Origin: Marsupella aquatica | Taxonomy: Eukaryota; Plantae; Marchantiophyta | Assembly: GCA_973895155.1 (NCBI GenBank) | Contig: OZ316897.1 | Span: 15,561,375-15,625,374, forward strand | Reading direction: 5' to 3' | DNA length: 64,000 bases | In this document: piece after piece, positions 49,734 to 60,180 of the stretch | Position numbering within the stretch: position 1 is the first letter of the stretch | Layout: every line of letters starts with the position of its first letter | Notes under the pieces: generated by a model | What the model saw: the letters and a program-made list of their open reading frames with translations, nothing else | Told to the model about the DNA's origin: nothing | The model's database searches: none | Position numbers and translations under genes: made by a program

Positions 49734-52682
49734 TCAATACATGCCACCGATGGATCGACAGTACCTTGGCCTACTAGGAAAATGTGCACACCGCTCGTCC
49801 GCGATGGGTTGTTGAGTGTTTGACAACGCCTGACAGGTTGCTAGTGCATCTTCACTTGTTGGAGTCAGAGCCACGTCTTGTCGAACGAATGGATGATTGA
49901 GAAGTTCCGTAGCAGTTGACCTCTTTGCAGGATTCACATCCAAACAGTGCTTTACGAAATCCTTGGCAGTTTCAGATAATGTATCGGGTATAGGTGGAGC
50001 GGTTCCATGTCCCACAGTCCACAAGACTTGATACTGCAGAAGCAAAAATCTTGATCACAAAGGGGAAATATTACAAACAGCTTCTCAAGGCTGACAATGA
50101 TTAATTTAATTTCTCACAAAATCTTGCCATCCCTTGAATCTCACCACGCTCTGCAATCAACGTGGCAGTCACACTAAAATATAACCAAAGATAACTACAA
50201 TCAGACACCCGCAGTTAATATTGTCGCGCCCACCGACGCTAATCGAATTCAGCTTCTCCCATGAATAAAAAAAAGCAACACATTGACTACGCAGGCAACG
50301 ACCAACAATTGGATACTACCTAGTCGGTGCAATCGCAAACCAAGCAGATTGCAGAAACGCATTACCTAACTATATCTAACTCAAGCTGAGGAATTAGGTG
50401 CGATATTGGACACCGATCTGAATTCCAATGTGAGTTGTCTGTACGGCTGCGAGAACGAAAATAAACTTGCACTCACCCATGCCATGTCTCCAAAAGGACG
50501 CGACCGAGTTTCCATCTCAAGAATGCAACACCCCAAACTCCATATGTCGGCTGGAAGCCCGGAAAACGATTTTGGATCAATGACCTGTAACCGCAAACAC
50601 CACATGAGACACCGCACAAAAGGCTCAATTCAGTAACTCACAGCCAATTCCTTCAGGGCTGAGCTAAACCAGCCTACTTATCATATAGTCTTCTGCATAT
50701 AAGCTAAGAAAAAGATGTTGCTGAATTTAAGAGAACAGACAATATCACAGATCGTATCAGAGATAGATCGGGCTCACCTCTGGAGCCATCCAGTGAGCAC
50801 TCCCTTTGCACGACTTCATCTGCTCCAAACTACTTATCTGCGAACGGTCAAGTGTAAGAATATTTCAGGGTCAAAATGTTCACAGCCTCCCCAAGAAATC
50901 AACACCGCGGATATTACTCAATGGCAGCACAACCTAAACAAAAAGGTCACTAAAACCGTCAAACATAGATTTAACCTTCGCAACGCAGATAAGATCAACA
51001 ATGTACCTGTTTCGCCATGCCGAAATCGGCCAGCTTACATGTTCCATTTGTATCAACAAGAATGTTTGCACACTTGATATCCCTGCTCAGAACACAGTGT
51101 CGGCATCAGTAGACATATAATACAGAGCAGAAATCGCTCTAGCGACAAATACCTTCGGAGAAACCCTGCCAGAAAATCTAGGAATAGCGCGCACGATCGA
51201 ACGTGTTACGAACCTGTGCGCAATATGTTGGTCATGGAGAAATTTCAGGCCCTTCAGAATCTGCCTTGTGTATGCACTAATTTGTGAGTGAGTCAGCTTA
51301 ATTCTCTTGCATATGGTTGCAAGTGATCCTTGGCTCACGAGCTCCAAGAATATGTACAGTTTGCCATGTGCCTGAGGAAAAAAGTTCGAGAAGTAAAAAT
51401 GGGCATCTTCTTCAGACTACGTTGTCAAGACAATTTACTTCGACCAGAACATGCGCATCACGAGATTATCATTTTAAGAATTTGATAAAACTAAGGAGGC
51501 TCCTCAAACAAGATGCCGCGGCCAGGTAAACAGTTCAGCAGACCTTTTCCGTGCCTAGATACTGTACAACGTTGTCGTGTTTGAACTGGCTCAACAGCTC
51601 AATTTCCTGCCACAGCAACCATCGAAATAAGGCAAGCATGACAACATAGGGACCACCAGAAGAACAATGTAAAGGATATGCATATGCAACAATCCAAACA
51701 GATCTCGAAGACCGTAACACGTTGTCCACGATTTAGGGTGGAAATGGGGTCGTTCAGGTACTCATTCGGATCCACTACTCCGGCATTTCTTCTAAAGTGA
51801 CGAGTAATTGTCAAGAAATTCAGTAGCCTGTGCCGAACTGTTTTCAATGTAATTAGTGGTAAATTGACATGACATGTAAACCGTTCCGAACATGTTCTCC
51901 CACCAGATTTTCTACAGCTTAGACCCTGTTACAAGTCTGAAAATGGGAATGCACCCTCCAGCACTTCAGGTAGCAAACTTGACTTGAAGGTGCAGTGCAT
52001 CAATGCACATGCATTCCGTTACCACCTTAATGGGGACATTAATAGAAAACGAAAATAATCCACGATATTTCGATACTTATCCTGTGTGCGGGTAAACCTA
52101 GACATACCTGCATAAGCTGAGCAATACTTTGCTGCGCTTGATTGTCTTGCTCAACTATAGAAACCTCTTTTACTGCAAACCACATCCCATCACTGGCCCA
52201 GCAACCCACTGGTTACGATCATTGGGGTGGACGAGCTTCCACAGGTCATTTGACAGATCAAAATCTGACAGCCTAATAACAACCAGGATATGTTTCCTTC
52301 GGCTCGTAAAGCATTGAAGGAAGCTTGATGACTTCAGTGACTGCAAAGGCAAGCCAATACTACTTAAAAGTGGGACCACATTGTGATATTTTAATTTTGC
52401 AGATCGATTCAACGTCCAAAGTTACCCTTATCTACATACCATAGAACATTCTCTTCTTCCCATAGCACAAATTTCAATGCTTGAACGCATGACGACCGCC
52501 CATTGTGCCTCAAATTCTCATCTACCAGTAACAAGAGTTCGTGCATACGGAATCGGTAGCCAGAGTGTTTACCTGTCAACCGCGTCGTAGACGGTTCCAA
52601 AAGAGCCCTGACCGAGAATGTCGCCCTTGGACCACGGATGTTTTGGACCCATTGCCACCAGGGGGCCTTCAACTGGTATCAT
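49734..52682 (-). CDS. Kinase-domain-only MEKK1-like MAPKKK, copy 2, 319 aa. Exons 52682-52573, 52192-52108, 51606-51544, 51371-51214, 51082-51007, 50837-50778, 50584-50477, 50033-49734.
   Basis: Starts [31 protein letters not shown]. Internal exon sizes (85/63/158/76/60/108) are identical to copy 1. All introns are GT-AG and the 960-nt frame is open. K, E, HRD, DFG and APE are intact. Confidence 0.85.
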
Positions 52683-53488
52683 ATTGTTTCGCCCAGCCCT
52701 CCTCCTCCCATAAGCTATTTCCCTGGTGGCGCTACAATTATCGCAAAGACTTCATGCGCAAAAACCACCTCCTTGCCGCTCCTCGTCCCCCTTACCGTCC
52801 CCTACCCCGCCTAGTACAGAAAAGCTGATCCTGTAATCAAACCTGCACCTGTGGGTCCGATCTGCTCTATCAGACAACAGCACAGAAATCCGGAGTAGTG
52901 AGATTTTAAGTCCTTACCAGCTGAGATGAGAGAGAGTAACCAGAAACACAAGAAATCCTTCAAACTTTGGAAGCTAAGGCCATAACCATCACCCCTCATC
53001 ATCTATCCAGCACAAGGGATTCTCAAACAACATGGAATCCAATTCACCACTCCCTCATGCATGCTTACACGAGAAAATACGCTCGACGGCACCAACTAGA
53101 CACAGCCACACAACTCCGTTCTGGTCCGTCAGTCAAACAACAAGAATAATAAAACTCCTCCATCGGTCAATCGGCCTGGCCTCCTGTCTTGTTACTAGTT
53201 TACGACTATGGCCCCCTCAAAAAAGTGAACTCTCTTCCCTCCTTGTGATTACACGACGACTATCCTCCCCTTTCCACCAATCTCTGTCTCTCTCTCCGCG
53301 TTATCTACCTACTGTAGTACTACGACTATTTCCTTCTGGAGAAACCACCCTGCACCTTTTCGTTCACCTCGTCGATCTCTCCAGCTGATACCTGCTTGCA
53401 CACTTGGAACTGATACACGTGTGTATATTGGTTCATCATGATTGTGTTGCCGATACACAAATGCACTGCATCTTTGACTACTTCCAGG

Positions 53489-53980
53489 TCATCCCTGTCC
53501 CATCCATGTGCAAAGATGACCTTGTGTATAAGATGCATGTCATCCCTGTCCCATCCATGTGCAGGAGCATTTAGAACTTGATTGTGTTCTTTATTTTCTT
53601 TCATGCATAGTTAAGGGACTACCCACTTTTGGTGGGATGTGTTCTTTATTTTCTTTCATGCACAGTTAAGGGACTACCCACTTTTGGTGGGATGTGTTCT
53701 TTATTTTCTTTCATGCATAGTTAAACCACACCTGCCACTATAAAAGCTTCATTCCATGTCTCATTACTCACCATAAAAGATGGAAACCTAGCACCTTTTG
53801 TAGAAACCTAGCACCTTTTGTAGAGTACTTGCAAATTTATTTTTTTGCAGTCAGCACTTTTTGTGGAGCTCAAAACCCATTTTTTGAACTTGTACTCTTT
53901 AGAATGAGAGCTACGGGTTACCCGTAGTCCTTTATAGGGGCAGATGTGGTTTAAGGGACTGCCCACTTTTGGCGGGATTA
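53489..53980. repeat. Cluster of short tandem duplications upstream of copy 2
   Basis: TCATCCCTGTCCCATCCATGTGCA x2. A ~55-bp unit TGTGTTCTTTATTTTCTTTCATGCATAGTTAAGGGACTACCCACTTTTGGTGGGA x2.5, with an echo at ~53951. GAAACCTAGCACCTTTTGTA x2. Confidence 0.8.
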
Positions 53981-56157
53981 GATACTACAGTACTTGATGT
54001 GATGGACTATGTCACTCCATACCATGATAAACCAAGATATTCTGTTTGCTTTGATGGTTCCAATGGCATGTGGGATAGCTTTGGGTAATTGCACATAAAT
54101 ATGTGATATTATATGGTGTACAAAGTCCCTCAATCCATACCATAATAGACCAAAATATCTTGTTTCAATCACAAAGTGTTAGTCTAAATAGGTATCTGGT
54201 TGTCAGTTTTTTTATGCGCAATTACTGGGGACACTTGCAGGGATGGGGGGAGAGTCCTTATACCCATTATTTTGTCATCGTTGTCTTTTTTTACAGGGGG
54301 TGTCTCTTGACAGATTGGGAGTGTTGCACTACTTAATGCCCTTTGTGATTTTTCCATCCAACTTTATTTTCCAGTGCATTATTTCTTGCAGGAGAATGCC
54401 AGGTCAAGATTTGGGTCACATCTTCTTGTCTACTTTTACTAAGAATAGAAAATTAAATAATGTATCAGGGGCCTTTAAGTGTATTAAGGCCCTGGTTTGC
54501 ATAGAATTATGGGCAATAAAAGACCCCCTCAAAACTTGAACTTCAAATATCCCATAATGCTCTGTAAACAGTACATTCAGGGTCTACAGCTCAGCCATGC
54601 AATGAACTACACTGTTCACATTCAGGGTCTATTCACAAATTAGTGTTAGTCACACTAATTTTGAACTACCACTATTTCCGCCCACATGAAGTAGTGATAC
54701 TGTGGTATCAAGAGTGGGAAATTAGAGGGGGGAAAAAACTATTTTGAAAAAATACACATGAATTAGAGTTACATTGGACTCAAGATCATCCATTTTTACT
54801 AGCAGTTTGAACAAAAGTGGAAAAACACTATTCTGAGAAACCTACAAAAATTAGTGTTACTTGGACTCAATCAGTTCTACCAGAATTAGTGTTAGTAACA
54901 CTAACTATGGTGAACAGTGTAGCTACTGTAGCCATATGGAGTCTTAGAAGTGCACTAGAAATACAAAAGTCAGCCAAAATCATAAGTCTTAAAAAAACAT
55001 TTGCAGTAATTGATCCAGTGCCCCGGAAACTTTTTAACAGCCAGATCTTCAAGCTAGAAGGAAGTCATGGAGGAGAAGGTGAAGAATCACCCCAACTAAG
55101 TTGGCAATGCTTTGCAATGGAATGGGGTTTCAAATGACTCGCTTTTCCATGCCATATGGAGTGCAAGTGGATAGACGGTTCTAAGATGTAAACATTAAGT
55201 CATGGTGGTGGATGTGCTGATCAAACAGAGACGGACACTGTTCAAATCTCAACTGAAAGCCTGCTTCATCTCCTCTAGGGTGAGACTTTGCCCCACAATT
55301 TCAGGTAAAAGGTACTAAAAATGGTGAAACCTGGTGTGGGACCTGGTGGATCTAGGTTTTGGCATGGACAGTGGCGCTTTAAAACCAATGATTGGCCTCT
55401 GCCCTACAAAAGTATAGTGAATGACAATAAAAGTGCAAACATGATTCAAATCAAGATGCAAACTCTCCTCACTGTTGACCATTTTCTTTACCCTGCTCAC
55501 CGTCTACTCTTCCCTGCTGATACATTCCACTCCCCACTGTCATATGTATCATCTGAGCAGAAATTAGGGTTTCCCGGTCCATTCCGGGTCCAAAGTGCAT
55601 CCCAATGTTTCGAAAAGATAGAGGTCCATCCACACTTCTACATCTCAAAAGTTGCCTACAAATATACTCTATCATTCAAAACAATTTAGGGAAAAACCCA
55701 GGAAGACCAAGCCAAAAGCCCTGGAGTCCCCAATGAAAGTGAAAGCATCCCCCACACCAGAAACTAAAAACCTTGAACCCTTGGCAAATTGAAAGGCAGG
55801 ACAAAACTCAGGTGTAAATAGAATTGTGCATAGTCCATGGCTCCCATGGCAACTAGAATTATCAATTGGGTGAGACTGATTGTTGAAGGCGAGAACACTG
55901 TAAGATTCATTGTTGGAGCCCACCACCTATTGCACAAAACCCCATTCCAAATCTAAGTCATTAGGATAGAGAGTTTAGGGTACTCCGTATGCCATCCCCC
56001 ATCAAAAACAACGCAGTCAAAAATTTCAAGGAAGCAAAATATTTATTATCCATAAATTAAGACATTGTAACCTCCGCCTAACTACAAACCAATACAAGCC
56101 ACCGAGGGATGAAGAGTACCTTCAGTTGGCCCGACTAGAAAAATGTGCCTTGACAGG

Positions 56158-59100
56158 TTATAGAGTGTTTGATGAAGCTTGAAAGGTTCCTACTCCATCA
56201 ACACTTGTTGGAGTCGGAGCCACGTCTTGTCGAACGAATGGATGATTGAGAAGTTCCGTAGCAGTTGGCCTCCTTGCGGGATTCACATCCAAACATTGCT
56301 TGACGAAATCCTTAGCAGTTTCGGATAAAGTGTCGGGTATGGGTGGAGCAGTTCCATGTCCCACAGTCCACAAAACTCGATACTGCAGAAGCAAAAATCT
56401 TGATCACAAAGGGGAAACCTTACAAACACCTAGCTTCTCAAGGCGGACACTGATTACATTGATTTCCTACAAAACCTTGCCATCTCCAACTTTCACCATG
56501 CTCGGCAATCAGCGTGTCATTCACACTAAAATACCACCAAAAGACCACTACAAATCAGACACCTGCAGTTATGAACCAGCATTAGCAAATGATATGTTGT
56601 GACCACAACAAAGTAATTAATCCAATGCAGCTTCTCCCATGAATAAGAAAACTTGGAATACAAATGGACACACTGACTATGTAGTTAACCACCAACAATT
56701 GGATACTTACCAGTTGTGGCAATCACAAACCCAGCAGATTGCACAAGGCATGACCTAATTGCATGCAACTCAGAGGGAGGAATTAGGTGCAAGATCGCAC
56801 ACCGATCAGAATTCCAATGTGAGTCATGGCTGCGAGACCAGAATCAAGCTGAGCTCACCCATTCCATATCTCCAAAAGGAGGCGACCCCGTTGCCATCTC
56901 AAGAATACAGCACCCCAGGCTCCATATATCGGCTGGAAGCCCGGAAGACTTTCTTGGATCAATAACCTGCAATGCAAATACCACATGAGAAACCGCACAA
57001 AACATTCAACTTAGTTGCCATCTCAAGGATGCACCACCACAGACTCCATAGGTATGCTGGAAGCCCAGAAGTTTTTCAGGGATCAATCACCTCTAACGCA
57101 AACACCACATGAAATATTGCACAAAAGGGTTCAATTTTTATAATTGACATCAAATTCTTTTAGGCTTGAGACAAACCAGCCTATTAGTCACGTAGACTTC
57201 TCCATATCAACTAAGAAATAGATGTTGAATAGATAATATATATCATAGATATCTTGTGCATACATAACATGCACTGCCGCTTGTCACCTATATCCAACCA
57301 TGGGCACAATCTAACATCACAAATACAATAAATTTGAGTACAAATGTACCTCATGTACACATGCACCAAACACACAATAATTTTCCCTAACTAAGTCATA
57401 TGACCAATATTACCAACCTCAACTCAATCCAATGGCATCAACATGTCAAGTCAAATGCACCTTGCACTTCAATAAATTTATCATCATATATACACAACCT
57501 GGCTAGCTACACCATAATTGCCAAAACTTGTGCTTGAAAGGCTCAACATCAAAAAATTGTCTTTTGAGTCACCACAAGGGGATACATAATTATCTCTCAA
57601 ACACAAAATAACATTCAACGAATACACATATGAAAGCACTATACCTATGTAACGCAATGTATTATCACACTACTTGGAATCGTATGATAGCCATTATATC
57701 ACAAGATAGATCGGGCTCACCTCTGGAGCCATCCAGTAAGCACTCGCTTTGCATGACTTATTCTGGTCCAAATTATTCATCTGGAAAAGGTTCAAGTGTC
57801 AGACCATTTCAGGATCGAAATGTGCAGTCTCCCCAATATATCAATGCCGCTGATATTACTCAATGCCACCCCCACCTAAACAAAAAGTTCACTAAAAATG
57901 TCAAACATAGATTCCATTTCCGCAGCGCCGAAAAGATCAACAATGTACCTGTATCGCCATTCCAAAATCTGCCAGCTTACATGTTCCGTTTGTGTCAATA
58001 AGAATGTTTGCACACTTGATATCCCTGCTCAGAACACAGTGTGGGCATCAGTAAATATATGCTACAGAGCAGAATTCGCTCTAGCAACAAATGCCTGCGG
58101 AAAAACCCTGCAAGAAAATCTACAAATAGCTAGCTAGCATGATCGAAAGTGATACGAACCTGTGCACAATACTTCGATCATGGAGATATGCGAGGCCCTT
58201 CAAAATCTGCCTTGTGTATGCACTAATTTGCGAGTGAGTCAGCTGAATACTCTTGCATATGGTTGCAAGTGATCCTCGGCTCACGATCTCCAAGAATATG
58301 TACAGTTTGCCATGTGCCTGAGGAAAAAAGTTCGACAAGTAAAAATGGGCATCTTCTTCAGACTACGTTGTCAAGACAATTTACTTCAACCAGAACATGC
58401 GCATCACGAGATGATCATTTTAAGAATTTGATAAACTAAGGAGGCTCCTCAAACAAGATGCCGTGGCCAGGTTAACTGCAGACCTTTTCCGTGCCTAGAT
58501 ACTGTACAACGTTGTCGTGTTTGAACTGGCTCAACAGCTCAATTTCCTGCCACAGCAACCATCGAAATAAGGCAAGCCTGACAACATAGGGACCACCAGA
58601 AGAACAATGTGAAGAATATGCATACATGACAATTGAAACAGATCTCGAAGACCGTAATACGTTGCCACAGTTAGGATCGAAATGAGGTCCATCAGGTTCT
58701 TCGAAAGTGACGAGTAATTGTGAAGAAATTCACTAGGCTGTGCCGAACTATTTTCAATGTAATTACTGGTAATAAGAATAAGGTACTGTATCAAACTTGT
58801 CTTGAGGATGCAGTGCATCAATGCACATTTCGGCACCACTTCAATAGGCACTTTAGACAATATTAAAAAGACGGAAAAAATCCACGATATTTTGAGACTT
58901 ATCCAGAGTGCGGGAGTATCCATACCCAGACATACCTGCATAAGCTGAGCAATATTTTGTTGCGCTTCATTGTCTTGCTCGACTATAGAAACCTCTTTTA
59001 CTGCAAACCACATCCCATCACTGGCCCACCAACCCACTGGTTATGATCATTGGAGTGGACGACCTTCCACAGCTCAGAAGTCTTGCGCAACTTACCGCAC

Positions 59101-59274
59101 ATTGTGCCTCAAATCCTCATTCTACCAGTAGTAAGAGTTCGTGCACATGGAATCGGTGGTACGTCAGAGTGTTTACCTGTCAACCGCGTCGTACACGGGT
59201 CCAAAAGCGCCCTCACCGAGCACATCACCCTTAGCCCAGGGATGTTTTGGACCAACAACCGGTGGCGGTCTCAT
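56158..59274 (-). CDS. Kinase-domain-only MEKK1-like MAPKKK, copy 3, 290 aa. Exons 59274-59177, 59020-58936, 58546-58484, 58317-58160, 58024-57949, 57780-57721, 56966-56859, 56382-56158.
   Basis: Starts [27 protein letters not shown]. Internal exon sizes match copy 1. All introns are GT-AG and the 873-nt frame is open. The C-terminal tail is shortened by CAA>TAA at 56158-56160, after the kinase domain. Confidence 0.82.
57013..57090 (-). pseudogene. Decayed partial duplicate of exon 7 inside intron 6 of copy 3
   Basis: Translates as [25 protein letters not shown]. The acceptor TACAG has become TAGAG, and there is no donor. Confidence 0.8.
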
Positions 59275-60180
59275 ATTGTTTCGCCCAGTCCTCCTCGATC
59301 CACTCCTGCTACTTCCCTGGTTGCTTTACAATCACCTCAAAGACGTCATGCGCAAAAACCACTCCTTCCCGCTCCTCGTTCCGCTTCCCGTCCCCTACCC
59401 CGCCTGGTACAGATAAGCTGGTCCTGTAATCAAATCTGCACGAGTGGATCCAATCTGCTCTATCAGACACGAGCAGAGAAATCCGCCGTAATGAGAATCT
59501 AGATCCTGCCCAATTGAGACGAGCTAGAAACACTATAAACACAAGAAATCCTTCAAATCCTTCAATCTTTTACCCAGTACCAGGAATTCTCGAACAATGC
59601 GGAATCTTTCAACAGCTCAGAACGTGACATTATCAATCCAATTCACCACTCCCTGATGCATGCTTACACGAGAAAACACGCTCGACGGCTGCGGCGCGGG
59701 GAGAATTAAAACAGACCTTGACTCTTCTCCCACCCTTCGTAACTCGTCCCTTTCGATCCCGGCCGCAATTCCAACACAGAGATAGACACGACTGCTAGCT
59801 GCGATACAAATCGCTCGTCAGTCTATCATCAATAATAAGTGACGTTTCGAATGTCATTCCGCCAATTACACACAGCGACACGAATCCGTTCTGTCTCTTC
59901 AGTCAATCAACAAGAATAATATGATCCGCACGTGGTGTACCGAGTCTACAACTCCTCGATCAACGACGACAATCATGCCCCTTCCCCGATCTCTTTCCTC
60001 GTTATCAAACTAGTACTACGACTATTTCGTTCTGGGCGGAAAGAACCCTGCGCCTTCTCGTTCACCGCATCCACCTCATCCACCTCGCCCGCTCATACCT
60101 GCTTGCACACATGGAACGAATACACGTTTACAATTGGGCTCAGGGTCATCATGACTGTGCTGAGAAATAGAAGTCCACTC

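Noticed and set aside
49734-59274. Calling MAPKKK copies 2 and 3 truncated pseudogenes
   Set aside because: Manual splicing gives uninterrupted frames with an in-frame ATG, canonical splice sites and intact catalytic residues. Expression remains unproven.
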